A stretch of 64,000 bases of DNA from Octopus vulgaris (Eukaryota), in assembly GCA_951406725.2 (NCBI GenBank), contig OX597831.1, positions 81,592,001 through 81,656,000 on the forward strand, read 5' to 3'. The notes under the pieces were generated by a model, which did not search any database, had not been told where the DNA came from, and saw only the letters and a program-made list of their open reading frames with translations. The first letter of the stretch is position 1; every line of letters begins with the position of its first letter. Positions 1 through 14,077 of this stretch are shown piece after piece. A program made the position numbers and the translations under genes.

Positions 1-524
1 TTGATATTTTCTCTTGTTAATCACAAGAAAATGAAAAGCAAAGTTGGCTTAAGCAGATCTCGAACTAGGAATACAAAAGTTACGTAACTAAATATCACAA
101 GTTATTTTGTCAACCTCTCTGCTAACGCCATCTATAATGTCTCTAACAAAGCGTGACGTGGGCGACGATAATTCAACAGAATTGAAGTGGATACGGTGAA
201 ACACTAATTTGACATTTTCTCATCTCACGGATATCTGAAAAAGTAAATCAGCAATAGCTTCCGTTGTCAGCGGGAAGCAAGCATAACAGGCTAGGTTCGA
301 ATCAGGCGTGCGCCATGCTGGTTTCAGTAATCAGATGTCAAGTTTGAAGCTACAGAAGATCTGTCAAATATACCGCCAACAGCAAACATGCTTCATGAAA
401 CTTGTTGCAAATATAATACAAAAACAAAGTAGCGCTTAAAGATATGTGTGTGTAGGTGTATAGGTGTATACGTATATATTAAAATGTCTGTGGTTATATA
501 AACGTGGACGTTTATGCGTATATA

Positions 525-569
<45 letters not shown>

Positions 570-869
570 ATGTATGTCTATCTATCTATATGGGTATTCG
601 TGTATAAGTGTGTATGTTGTGTTCATGCATGCGTAGAAGTCAAGTAGATAAAATATTGGACTAGAGATTTCGATGTGATGAGTTCGAAATCTCCAGAAGG
701 ACTCCTGTGTTCCCGGGTCGAACTATTTATTTTCTATTACAGCAGCTTACGCATTTGAGCGAATGTTACGGTTGCAGCTGATAAAAAGAAATACCCTACC
801 ATTGATATATGTGAATATATACACGTGTATACACGTATATGTAAATGTGTACATGTATATGTATCCTTT

Positions 870-1160
870 AAGCTCGTTTACGAGTAACATTTTTGAGTAC
901 GTATATAAAAGCTCCTATTCTATCATGCTGGCTGCAGCCTAATGGTACCAACTTGCAACAGCAGTTTTATGGGCTTGCACCGAGCTATGCCGATATAATG
1001 TAGGATAACTATAGTAAGATTACTACTTCTAATAATAATAATCCATAGATCGTATTTATATCAATACGGACTAAGATCATAAGAAGTATATGAACTGTGG
1101 AAACGCGCGTAGCGATGCATTAAATTATTCATAAATTCCATCCATGGATTATTATTCTTA
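870..1160 (+). mobile_element. Decayed Penelope-like element 3' end with degenerate hammerhead
   Basis: LQPNGTNL at about 932-955 resembles a PLE ORF C-terminus. GAAACGCGCGTA at 1100-1111 is a palindromic hammerhead stem III plus GUA. The upstream core has decayed to CTAAGA. Confidence 0.45.
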
Positions 1161-1168
1161 CATGTGTG

Positions 1169-1460
<292 letters not shown>

Positions 1461-2567
1461 ACATACATATATACATGCATATATATACACACACATACAT
1501 ACAGACATATACATCGCGCGCACACCACCCACATACACACATTATCATATGAAATAAAAAAAGGCGCAATTTAAGGTGAAATTGAAGGGAAAACGTAGAC
1601 GCATGATAATTACATAAAATATTTAATTATTTAAATTTTATACTTTATTAATTAATAAATTTTAAAAAATATCTCTGACTGAATCGTAATTATGGCATTT
1701 ATTCATTGACATAAAAAAACTAAAATATTCTTCTTCTTTCAACTGTTTCAATAATTGTTCAGTTATTCACTTCGGAACATTTTAACGAATTAATTAAATA
1801 TATTCATTTATTTGTGCGTTAAGACTCGTTTAAAAATTGTGGATTTAATTAGAGTGAGACAATTAATCAAAAATACAGCAGAACCTCAAATGTCCACCTT
1901 TCAACTTCAACTTCGTCGTCGTCGACAAAGTTGTTCTCGATCTGGAGGAAGACATTTTAGAGGATAATGACAGCCAATTGTTTAGATTGTAAGATCGTGC
2001 GAATAAAAGATGCGCTCTACAACAATATCGACCGTACCATGTTGACCAGGACAGGTCAGCCGACAGCTTGGTTTCCGGCATGGCGTGGACCAGTTTATAT
2101 ACTATACACTGTTTTGTGCTTAATATCACATAGTGGGCATAATGTCAAGCTTTGTTCCGTTTCTGTTATATATATATATATTGTTACATGCCATAATAAG
2201 TAAAGGATCTCCATCAGTTTCGAGGATGAAGGTTCAATTGTTCGTTTAACTGAACTACTTACTCGTTGAATCCTTGAATCTGCGTCTAAGTGGCTGAAAA
2301 CTCCGCAGATATAGGTTCCATTAGCAAAATACTGACAGAATATGTGTGACGAAGCTGTACTTTTTAAATTCCAGGTACAATCCACCTGACAGGGTCCTGT
2401 ACAGCTTTTACGTACCCAATTTCTTACACAAAATATGGGTAGCAGCGAGGTTATAGAGAATATCACTTGTCCAACATGTCTCACGGTGAGATCGAGCCAA
2501 AGACCGCATGATAGCCGGGGAGTGAATTTCTTGCCCTTTCGTCCATGCATGCAGATATACATACTGG

Positions 2568-2752
2568 TTTCAAATTTTGGCACAAGGTCAGCAACTTCAG
2601 GCGAGAGGCTAAATTGATTACATTGGCCCCCGGGGCACAACCGGCGGTCATTCTACTGACCCTGAAAGGATGAAAAGCTGACCTCGGTGGAACTGGAATT
2701 CAGGGCATAAAGACGGACGAAATGCCGCTAAGCATTTTGTCCGGCGTGTTTA
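2568..2752 (-). mobile_element. tRNA-derived SINE fragment (Meta-domain-like family)
   Basis: Reverse strand reads ATGCTTAGCGGCATTTCGTCCGTCTTTATG...GAGGTCAGCTTTTCATCCTTTCAGGGTC. Homologous to copies at 2903-3099, 36388-36556 and 61315-61447. Confidence 0.7.
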
Positions 2753-2779
2753 AGCCTGATCGGTTTAAACACACACACA

Positions 2780-2838
<59 letters not shown>

Positions 2839-2902
2839 ACACACACACTGTCTCTTAAGATATAATCTCTATATAATGTCACATGCAATAGGATGTTACG
2901 CA

Positions 2903-3099
2903 TTTCTTTCAGATTCTGGTGCAGAACCAGCAATTTTTCGATTATATCGATCTCATTGTTTGACTGGTAATTTATTTTATTGATCAGGAATAGATGAAGA
3001 GTAAAGTTCACTTCGGTGGTATTTGAACTCGGAACGTAAAGAATGAAAACCTCTTAGCATTTTGTCCGACGCACCAATGATTCTGTGCGCTCACCGCCT
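2903..3099 (-). mobile_element. tRNA-derived SINE (same family as 2568-2752)
   Basis: Head GGCGGTGAGCGCACAGAATCATTGG and B-box-like GAGTTCAAATACC on the minus strand. Confidence 0.7.
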
Positions 3100-3324
3100 C
3101 AGTATGATATCACATAATGCCCGATACTTTATCATATCACGTGCTGTAAAATTCCACATGTTACATGATGTTGGGTGTTTAGCCACATGATGTGTGAAGC
3201 TATAAGTTTAGTGCAAAGAAAACCACACAGGTCTTCTTACACATCTAACAACAGATGGAATGGTCATGCCTGGAGAACACTTTTGATCATAGGGCTGCTT
3301 AGTCAGGGCTGACTTAGAATTGAA

Positions 3325-3497
3325 CAATGACAATAACAACAACAAGAGCAATGTCACGAGCTCCATTAACCACTACCACCGCCACCTTCTTCACCACATT
3401 CAACTTACATCAACAACTACCACCACCACCTTATCGGCTACATCCTGCACGGGTACCATCTACTACCGCTGCCAGCAAACCACTACTACTACTACTG

Positions 3498-3543
<46 letters not shown>

Positions 3544-4260
3544 CACTACCACTCCCTGCTATAGCCTGCATAAGCAAAAACGCTACCACTATCAACATCA
3601 TCAACATCACCAACTATAGCTAACAACAGCACTACCACCCACACCACCAACACCATCAGGTATCATTACTACCAACAACATCAGCCACTGCTCAGCCACC
3701 ACCACCACCACCACCACCAACACGTCCTTCAGCATTTCTACAGACACCAACACCATTGCTCCTACCACTAATACTGTGAACTACCATCATCAACACCATC
3801 AACAACAACATCCTCACCAACCACAACAATAACAGCAACATCATCTGATCTGTAACTCATGATCAGCTGTATTACCACGATGACCACCACCACAACCATC
3901 ACCACCACTACAACTATCACCACCACAACAACTACCACCACCACCATCACAACAACAAAAACAGCAACTACCATCATCGTCACCAGCATCACTACCACAA
4001 TCATCACCACCGTCACTCTAAGCAATACCATCGCCAACACCACCATCAATGTCACGTGTGCCCCGTCTACCACGACTACCACAACCGACACTGCTGACAC
4101 CAATACCAACATCATTATCTCCCCAACCACAGCCTATGCCACTTTTATGAGACCAATTATTACTACGTCCCAACTACCACTAAGAGTACTAGAACCACCA
4201 CTACCATCATCACTATAGTCAGCAGCAGCAGCAACCGCAGCAGCAGCAGCAGCTACAAGA
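3325..4260. repeat. Degenerate trinucleotide tract (ACC/ACT/AAC/AGC)
   Basis: Runs of ACC, ACT, ATC and GCA with decay. They generate spurious poly-T/V/H ORFs. Confidence 0.9.
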
Positions 4261-4299
4261 CAGCGAAGTGGTGTTTGTTGATTTTTGTCAGATCTTAAA

Positions 4300-4945
4300 T
4301 ATGCATGTACAGACACGGATACACCACACACAAACACACACATACATACAGTCATACATACAAGAACAGAACACATACACACAAAAATTCACATTTATAC
4401 ACACACACACACACACACACATGCACATACACACACACACACATGCACATACACACACATACACGCGCATGCGTCTGTGTGTATAATTGTATTTATGTAT
4501 GTATGCAAACTTAATTACATATGCCTATATGAATGCGTGCATGTATATATATGTGTGTGTGTGTGTTTGTGTATGCATGTATGTGCGTGTATACACACAC
4601 ACACACTCGTGTGTGTATTTTCATATACCTGTATATATACGTGTGTTTATATGCATAAAAGAACATTTTTACGCATACAAGCACACACACATACGTAAGT
4701 ATGTATGTATGTATGTATGTATGTATGTATGTATTGTATGTATGTATGTATGTATTGTATGTATGTATGTATGTATGTATATATGTATTGTATGTATTGT
4801 ATGTATTGTATGTATGCATGCATGTATGTATGTATGTATGTATGCATGCATGTATGTATGTATGTATGTATGTATGTATGTATGTATGTATGTATGCATG
4901 CATGTATGTATGTATTGTATGTGTGTATGTATGTCTGAATGAATG
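4300..4945. repeat. (CA)n, (TG)n and (TATG)n compound microsatellite
   Basis: Directly visible, with recurrent TATTG and CATG variants. Confidence 0.9.
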
Positions 4946-5413
4946 AATGCGTAGTTTGAAGCAATCCGAGACAATAACGAAGGTAAAGGATACATACAGA
5001 AAGACAACGGCAACAACAACAACAACAACAACATCGACAACAACATCGACAACAACAACAACCCCAGAAAATATCCTTCGACCACACACACCAACGCCAA
5101 AATATCGTTGCAAGCTTTGTCAGCGATGACAAATGCGAAGTTGGCTACGAGGCCGGAAAGAAGCAGATAACAGCTTGGAAATAATGCAAACAGATAGGAA
5201 GTTGGCAATTTGCTGCTATCATCGACACGTCTGGCGAAGAAAAATGATATACGACTTACAAGACAAAACTGTCATGGCGACGGTGGCGGGAAAAAGCTTC
5301 ATTGCGGCTTGCAGCGGTGTCTAATCGTAACTTATCAATGCCGTATATTAATCAGGGTTATGTAGTGAAGCGATTTTGATTATCACCATCATCGCAATAA
5401 TAATAACAACAAC

Positions 5414-5460
<47 letters not shown>

Positions 5461-5858
5461 CAACAACAACTATAGTAATTATTATTATTGCTTGTTATTA
5501 TTTTGGAGTTTGTTTTTATTATATTTTCCTTTATATAACGAGTGGATTTTAAACCAAAGTCGATTCTGATTGTTAAACGATGCAGAGGCAGGGTTTGGGT
5601 TTGGGGTTTGGGTGGTCCGATAGTGCAGGTTGAGGGGTGACGACGGGAGTAGAGGGTGGTCGGGGCGTTGATGACTGGTGCAGGTTTATTTCATTGCCGT
5701 TAAATCACCCTGATTAGACGTGGGAGTGTATGTGTGTGTTTAATTACATTTACATACATATACACACACATACACTCACAAGCGTGCGCGCGTGCGCGAA
5801 AATATGTGCATACATTCATTTGATGGAGAAATATAATTTTTGTATTATATACATCCTA

Positions 5859-5899
<41 letters not shown>

Positions 5900-6133
5900 T
5901 GTCTGTGTGTATATATATAATGTAAATATATATAATAAGCATATATATATATATTGACCGGTTCCTTTTCCTCTCTCTCTCATATATATATAAATATATA
6001 TATATATACACACATATTTAATGTGTATATTGATATACAACAGTAAGCTTACGTTATTGTTTTAATGCTAGCTTATCTATTGGACTATGTGTGTTTCTCT
6101 CTCTCACTGCCTCTCTCTGTATGTGTGTGTGTG

Positions 6134-6184
<51 letters not shown>

Positions 6185-6424
6185 GCTCGCACATTGACAG
6201 TGATGAAGATAAAATTCTTTTTAAATAGTAATATTCTGATACATCCATACGGTGTGTGTGTGTGTGTGTGTCCGTGTGTATAAATGCGTATCTGCATATT
6301 TGTGTTGTAAGAACTGATGTGTTGATGGTTGTCTATTAAAACATAAACCAACAAACAAATGGGCGTGTCTGACGGGATGTAGCAGTTGTGTAAATACGTC
6401 CGTCTACTCGCACGTGCATGAGGT

Positions 6425-6434
6425 TATATATATG

Positions 6435-6466
<32 letters not shown>

Positions 6467-6529
6467 TATACATATATATATACTGTATGTATATGTGTGT
6501 ATGTATATATATATACATACATATACATA

Positions 6530-6571
<42 letters not shown>

Positions 6572-6588
6572 CTGTATGTATATGTGTG

Positions 6589-6627
<39 letters not shown>

Positions 6628-6780
6628 TATATATTGTATGTATATGTGTGTATGTATATATATATATACATATATATATATATTATATATATATATTATA
6701 TACATATATACACACATACATACATATGTATATATGCATATATACATACATAAACGTATATATATGTATGTATATAATTT
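6425..6780. repeat. (TA)n-based array with higher-order repeats
   Basis: The block TA[C/T]TGTATGTATATGTGTGTATGTATATA recurs at about 6481, 6570 and 6632. Confidence 0.85.
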
Positions 6781-8151
6781 TATATAAACGTTATTCTTAT
6801 ATTCTTCCTAACATGTGTACATGCTTGCATATATAGATATATGTGTACATACACACACACTTGCACAGACACATACACGCACACACATATATATGTGTAT
6901 ATAAAGTATATGTATAGATATGTACGCATCAAATATAAAGGCAGCTAAACGACAAGGTGGTCAGAGCGCTGGTCAGTTTGACTTGCGGTAATCTTTCTGG
7001 TTCTTTACGCCTCTCGTTCATATCCAACCGTGGTCGATTTCCCTTTCAACTTTTGCGTGGTGGCGATGAAAAGAAGCTCCAATCGAGAAGAGTATATTTG
7101 TGAAACCGGAAGAGCATTGAGCGGAATGTTTGCGGATTCGGTTCTGGGTCTGTGAATTTTCAGTTCGACTCACACACCGTCTCTGTGAAATGATGATACA
7201 CTTGCTCGGAGCTCCATATGAAAGCTAGAAACAGCGATTGGAGCACGACCGATGTGAGTAATGCCTCCTCCTCAATGGGAAGATCGACTGCTACAGTGTG
7301 TACACAGTTATGCCCCTTGATCTTGTTAGATAATCCTTATCTGTGCACCAGCAGTGATTAAATAATTCGATTTAATCCATCTAAAATTGTTAATGAGCTT
7401 TTTTCTCGTGAAGATAGCATAAGCATCAGGGAAGCTTTGCTTCAAAAGATGTCGCAATCCGTTTTGTGTGATTGTGACGAGAGATCTCTCATTCCTGAGT
7501 ACAATTCTGTATCCACAGCACATAGGCACATAAGTCTAGAAGGATATCAACAAGGTTAATCAGGAATAGGCGGAATTTTCCAATTCTCCAAAAAATATTT
7601 ATATTTATGCATGCAACCACTGAAACTTTCAGATCTAGAGTTCAGCAGAGTTAGGATCTAAGATCTGAACAGGATCTACACTCTTTCAGTCAAACAAAGT
7701 CCACATTTATTCGATCCATTAACATATGGTATGGATTTCTCAATTACTTTCTGTTTAATCACATGCGGTGTATCCTTATCTTTCAAACTCCATATGTAGC
7801 TAGCCAACTTTGTAGCTTTACTTTCGTCCTTATGTCAGAAGGAGGCTATGTGATTGTCATAGCTATTTTTAGATTCTCCTTCACATAATTCTACATCGAT
7901 GGTCAAGTGGACAGGATCCTGGGTCGTGACAGTTGCAACTGGATTTAGCCTCTTAGTATTGACCATGTGTAATGATACTCTTCATATTGGGGAAGCAGTT
8001 ATATGTTAATTTCACAGAACTCCTATTAAATATTTTCTTGTATCGGTGAGTTGCTAGAAAGTATTAGTCTTGGAGACACTGGGATCTTTTACCTATGAAG
8101 AGTTTTTATATTAAGGGAAAAAGAAGAGGCGAACTAAATCATTTTTTTGGC

Positions 8152-8152
8152 C

Positions 8153-8240
<88 letters not shown>

Positions 8241-8585
8241 GCCTTTGCACAGCTTCTAACGGTGGAGATGTATTACAGTGTCAGCTTTTCACTACCAGTA
8301 AACTAAGGTAACACCTCTTATTTTTCGAGGACCATCCGGAGTATTCGAACGGTTCCAAGAAGTGCTGTTTTCTGCAAGTGCTCTACCCTTGGGTATGTGC
8401 TGTGATTTGTTGTGATGCTCTGATGGTTATTGTATGGAAAGTGTTCTGCGTAGGATGTGTGCAGTGCCTAGTAGTGCAATTTTCTGTATGTTATATGTGT
8501 TTGTAAGTCCTGGTGTTTTTGTTATGTGTTTGCCTGAATATCTTTTTATCATGCCTAATGCACCGACTATGATAGGAATTGTTTG

Positions 8586-8586
<1 letters not shown>
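8152..8586 (-). mobile_element. (ATT)n array plus two fused 3' ends of R4/Dong-type RLE retrotransposons
   Basis: 8387-8586 is near-identical to the 3' part of the element at 37576-37772 (QKIALLGTAHILRRTLSIQ*). 8241-8390 encodes RVEHLQKTALLGTVRILRMVLEK* followed by a different 3' UTR. Confidence 0.8.
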
Positions 8587-8618
<32 letters not shown>

Positions 8619-8719
8619 ATACTAGAGGGATTATGTATTAGTTTATCTTTGATGCCACTAGATTTATAATTATTATCCTGATTATTATTAGAGGGATTAT
8701 ATATTAATTTCTCTTTGAA

Positions 8720-9481
8720 GCCATTATTGGCTAGAGCATTGTTATAATAGGGGGCAGTTTCTCAAAGATTTCTTTAGAGGAAGATAAGTTAGACACGTTG
8801 TTATAGCTTTCGGATTTTTAAATATTACAGGAGGGAGACCAGACTGTTTATGTACGCATGGAAGCTTCTCATTAGGCTTATGGAAAGGTTTATACCAGGA
8901 GGAGTCCAGATCCAGGGAAACATCTAAATAATTAGCTACAGACAGGCGCAGGAGTGGCTGTGTGGTAAGTAGCTTGTTTACCAACCACATGGTTCCGGGT
9001 TCAGTCCCACTGCGTGGCACCTTGGATAAGTGTCTTCTACTATAGTCTCGGGCCGACCAAAGCGTTGTGAGTGGATTTGGTAGACGGAAACTGAAAGAAG
9101 CCCGTCGTATATATGTGTATGTATATGCGTGTGTGTGTTTGTGCGTCTGTGTTAGTCCCCCTAGCATTGCTTGACAACCTATGCTGGTGTGTTTATGTCC
9201 CCGTTACTTAGCGGTTCGACAAAAAAGACCGATAGAATAAGTACTGGGCTTACAAAAGAATAAGTCCCTGGTCGAGTTGCTCGATTAAAGGCGGTGCTCC
9301 AGCATGGCCGCAGTCAAATGACTGAAACAAGTAAAAGAGTAAAAGAGAGAGAGAGAGAGAGACAGATAAGTAGCTACTGTAAATGTAAGGCCTAATTGAT
9401 TAAAGGTAGAAATAAGTTACCTTCTAAATCTATCAAAGGTGTGTCCATCACATTCATGGGAAATACCCAAACCGTCGTCTC
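8720..9481 (-). pseudogene. Penelope-like RT fragment split by a SINE
   Basis: 9371-9481 reads [19 protein letters not shown] (PLE YRDDGL motif). It continues at 8939 as VANYLDVSLDLDSSWYKPFHKPN, a PLE RT thumb-like segment. TAGCTAC is duplicated at 8933-8939 and 9371-9377. Confidence 0.75.
8945..9346 (+). mobile_element. tRNA-derived CORE-like SINE with 7-bp TSD
   Basis: A box TGGCTGTGTGG, B box GGTTCAGTCCC, CORE-like CACCTTGGATAAGTG, A/G-rich tail. Homologous to 9609-9970 and 34066-34486. Confidence 0.85.
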
Positions 9482-9574
9482 AGTATGTATGTATGTATGT
9501 ATGTATGTATGTATGTATGTATGTATGTATGTATGTATGTATGTATGTATGTATGTATGTATGTATGTATGTAC

Positions 9575-9608
<34 letters not shown>

Positions 9609-9610
<2 letters not shown>

Positions 9611-9970
9611 TCTTTACTCTTACTTGTTTCAGTTATTTGACTGGGGCCATTCTGGAGCACCGCCTTTAGTCGAGCAAATCGACCCCAGGACTTATTCTTT
9701 GTAAGCCTAGTACTTACTCTATCGGTCTCTTCGCCGAATCGCTAAGTTACGGGGACCAGCATCGGTTATCAAGCGATGTTGGGGGTACAAACACACACAC
9801 ACATATACATATATATATACATATATACGTCTACCAAATCCACTCACAAGGCTTTGGTCGGCCCGAGGCTATCGCAGAAGACACTTGCCCACGGTGCCAC
9901 GCAGTGGGACTGATCCAGGAACCATGTAGTTGGTAAGCAAGCTACTTACCACACAGCCACTCATGCGCCT
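9609..9970 (-). mobile_element. CORE-like SINE, same family, inverted
   Basis: Reverse-complement match to 8945-9346 with an internal deletion. Confidence 0.85.
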
Positions 9971-10013
9971 ATATATTAATATATATATAATATTTAAATG
10001 TATATACATTTAA

Positions 10014-10045
<32 letters not shown>

Positions 10046-10069
10046 GTATATATATACAGATACATTTAA

Positions 10070-10114
<45 letters not shown>

Positions 10115-10144
10115 AATATAAATAATATATATACATATAAATAC

Positions 10145-10181
<37 letters not shown>

Positions 10182-10802
10182 AACACATACATACACACAC
10201 ACACATACATACACAAACAGAAATACACTCAAAGAGATATGATTTAATACACCTATTCCCCCCTGTCATTTTCCATCACGTGGTAACAGACTATCCCGAA
10301 TGCCATCTCACAGCATGACAACCATCACGTGTGTTGATATGTACACAGGTATATAGCAACATTTATGCATATATATGTATATATGAACGTATATGTGGAT
10401 GTATATATGTAAATTTCTGTTGTTCTTATATCGAATGTCCAGGGAGGTTCCTTTCGAGCAGTTTCGATTTATGATTCATTTTCATTTTTTTTTACTCTGA
10501 TCTTCTCTCTTCCTTTCAAAAACGCTATAGCCTTTATATTCATTGTACTGTTTCGGAATATATACACCCATGACATTGACAATTTCATCCCATGCAAAGG
10601 GCGTAGATTTTTCAACTTCATAATAGCAATTATGGAGATTTTTCCCCCATTCCTTAAGACATTTGATACCAATCCGGGATATTAGTGAGTGCAGGGTGTA
10701 TACCTCTGTCATGTTCCATCGTACATACACATACGCACAAACATATACGCACACACACACATTGATACGTCTTTAATATACGTGTGTGAATATGTGTGTA
10801 TG

Positions 10803-10902
<100 letters not shown>

Positions 10903-11042
10903 CTGTATATATATATATATATATATATATAAAACTTACTTGGAAAAGGATGCGTGGTGTTCGATCATATAATAATATAAATAATATATAAATATATGCA
11001 TATATACATACCTACATATGTATGTATATATATATGAATATA

Positions 11043-11440
11043 TGGTACAGGACATAAAAAACGATGAACACAATGAGAAACGAAAACATAAAAACAAAAA
11101 CATAGAAACGAACTTTTTTTCAAACAACGAAAAAGACAGAACCGAGAAACGAGACGTACAACATTCCCCTTCTTCAGTTGTCCCTGATTCATCTACTTCG
11201 CGTTACGAAGGTAAGGACAAGAAGCGACTTCGTTGAAACGGTCCTTCCCGCAAAGCAAATTAAATAAAATTTGGGATTTTTGCGGGGGGGGGGTGTAAGT
11301 GGTAACAAGAGCAGGACAGTGAGAACAAAACAGTAAAAACAGTAAAAGACAGAACAAGGGGAACAAAACAGTAAAAACAAACGATGGGGGCTGTTAAGCC
11401 AAGATGATGTAATAATTACGCTGGACGCTTAAAGAGACGA
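11043..11440. mobile_element. Unclassified non-coding interspersed repeat next to (TA)n
   Basis: A-rich start TATGGTACAGGAC is similar to 60653 onward. It ends in a fold-back of its own sequence. Confidence 0.35.
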
Positions 11441-11502
11441 GCATCGTTTGTTTTAACTGTTTTGTTCTCCTTGTTCTGTCTCCCCAGACACAACCAAACA
11501 AT

Positions 11503-11570
<68 letters not shown>

Positions 11571-11573
<3 letters not shown>

Positions 11574-11900
11574 TGTTTTGTTGTGTCTGGGGAGATTAAT
11601 TCACTTTTAGTTCCTTATTATTTAACACACTCACCAGTAAGGTTTCCACTCATTTACTTATTTTTTCTAAAGTTTTCGTTGCGTCTTGCAGCCTTTTCAA
11701 CAGTCGTTAACTCTGTCCGTTCAACTTTCATTCTCTTATTTCCCTCTATATTCCCTATCTTTTCCACAATAATTCGAACTCAAATATTTTCTCACACCGT
11801 CTCTGATGAAGGGATATCCATAACATTCCAGAAACGGCTGTAAGACTATTTCATTATAAATGTCCTGAAAAATCATCTTAGCCTTGTATTTGTTATCTCA
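11571..11900 (+). mobile_element. PLE pseudo-LTR-like non-coding repeat carrying a hammerhead
   Basis: Starts at (TA)n with an inverted copy of its first 24 bp at 11478-11502. Contains the hammerhead at 11799-11846. Confidence 0.6.
11799..11846 (+). ncRNA. Minimal type-I hammerhead ribozyme (intact core)
   Basis: GUCU-CUGAUGA-A-GGGAU[loop]AUUCC-A-GAAA-CGGCUG-UA-AGAC. Stem I GUCU/AGAC, stem II GGGAU/AUUCC, near-palindromic stem III, GUA cleavage triplet at 11840-11842. Confidence 0.75.
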
Positions 11901-11905
11901 TTCGG

Positions 11906-13282
11906 TCTAGACTCCTTCCTTGAAGAAAATGACTTGCTGCCTGACACCCAACATGGTTTCCGACCAGGAAGAAGCTGCTTAACTCAGCTTCTACAACACT
12001 ATGACTGGGTGCTGAAACAACTGCTCAACTACTCAAATGTGGATGTGATATATCTCGACTATGCAAAGGCCTTTGATAAAGTCGATCATGGAATTATATG
12101 TCACAAACTGCGTGATCTTGGCGTAGTTGGAAAATTGGGAGAATGGCTTCATGACTTTCTGAAGGATAGAAGTCAGGTGGTAGTAGCCAATGGAGCCACC
12201 TCCAATAACACGCAAATAGTGAGCGGTGTTCCGCAAGGCACTGTCTTGGGACCACTGTTGTTTATAATGGTCCCCTCAGACATGCCCTCAGCCACGCAGA
12301 GAGCCACGATCACAAGTTATGCAGATCATACAAAAGTTTCACAGGTAATACAGAACCCTGAAGACACTATGCACCTGCAATGTGACCTGGACAAAATATA
12401 CAAGTGGGCTGAAAAGAATAGCATGCAGTTCAATATGCTATCAGCATGCAAAACTAAATGCAATACCCAATAAATACACTGGACCTGGAGGGATTGAAAT
12501 CCTAGAGGCACAATCAGTGCGAGACCTGGGTATTTACATGAGTAACGATGCAACCTTTCATGTGCATGTTGCTAAATTGGCAATGAAATGTAGGCGGCTT
12601 ACTGGATGGATTCTTAGAACCTTTAGAACAAGAGACCAGGAAACCATGATGGTCCTCTGGAGGACACTTGTCCTAAGCCACTTTGACTATTGCTCTCAGC
12701 TATGGTCACCAACCAGTGTCAAATTAATGACATGAGGCGAACATGAGGCGATCCAACGAGGCTACACGAAGATAGCCTCTGTGCAGCATATAAGCTATTG
12801 GGAAAGACTCAAGAGATCAAGACTCTATTCCTTAGAGCGTAGGCGAGAAAGGTATGCTATAATATACATCCGGAAGATCCCGGAAGGACTTGTCCTAAAC
12901 TTTGGCATCGAGAGTTACACAAATGCGTGGTGCCAAGGACTCCAAATTTGCCATCAAGATGTAGGACAAGATACTGTGATAGCCTGGGCTTCCGAGGCCC
13001 ACAGCTCTTCAATATCCTCCTGAAGGACCTGAGAGACCTGCATGGGGTGGATGCAGATGTCTTTAAAATAAAGCTGGACCTCTTCCTGTCAGGTGTCCCA
13101 GATGAACCAACTTCACGGCAGGAGGTGCAGATGAGGGCAGCTGCATCAGACTCTCTCATGCACCAAATGGCAATTGCTAAAAAGCATTAGTGAAGTAAAA
13201 TCATGTAGCAACACCGAATGGCGGTGCCCCAGCATGGCCTCAGCTCGTGAGCTGAAACCAGATGAAATGAAAATGAAAATGA
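11906..13282 (+). mobile_element. 5'-truncated CR1-like LINE (RT pseudogene, 3' UTR and tandem tail)
   Basis: QHGFRPGRSCLTQLL, VIYLDYAKAFDKVDH, SGVPQGTVLGPLLF, YADHTK, SHFDYCSQLWSP and LYSLERRRER across frameshifts. (ATGAAA)n tail at 13262-13282. Confidence 0.92.
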
Positions 13283-13358
13283 TATATATATATGTATATA
13301 CGCATATATATATATGTGTATATATATATATGTATATATATATATGTATATATATATG

Positions 13359-13402
<44 letters not shown>

Positions 13403-13508
13403 AATATATATGTATATATATATGTATATATGTATATATATATGCATATATGTATATATATATATATATATGTATATATATAAATATATATGTATATATA
13501 TATATATG

Positions 13509-13581
<73 letters not shown>

Positions 13582-13752
13582 GTATATATATATGTATATA
13601 TATATGTATATATATATGTATATATATATATGTATATATATATGTATATATATATATATATGTATGTATATATGTATATATATATGTATATATATATGTA
13701 TATATATGTATATATGTATATATATATGTATATATATATATATATATATATG
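13283..13752. repeat. Long (TA)n/(TATG) microsatellite
   Basis: Directly visible. Confidence 0.95.
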
Positions 13753-14035
13753 ATTTCAATAATTCCCGAAAAAATAATTTGGGAAGATATCATTGTCTCT
13801 GTTATTATCTCGTGTAACAATTTAAAAATGATAATAACAGAATCAATAATATAAGCGATTGCAGGTCCAGAAAAGCATTGAATAGCTGATTGCCTTCGGA
13901 CAGTTGATTTTTGTAGTTATTATCAGCATATTTTGGCGATTTAAATAAGTGTTTTGACTGTTATTTCCAGCAGGTAGATATACTTAGTACGTCCTTTGTT
14001 TAATTATTTATATATATATGGATATAGGTACATAC

Positions 14036-14077
<42 letters not shown>

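Noticed and set aside
1863-2203. Short complex ORFs
   Set aside because: No recognisable domain or splice support. Probably decayed TE sequence.
7326-8150. Possible host exon or old retroelement N-terminus
   Set aside because: Many stops and no diagnostic motif, so it cannot be assigned.
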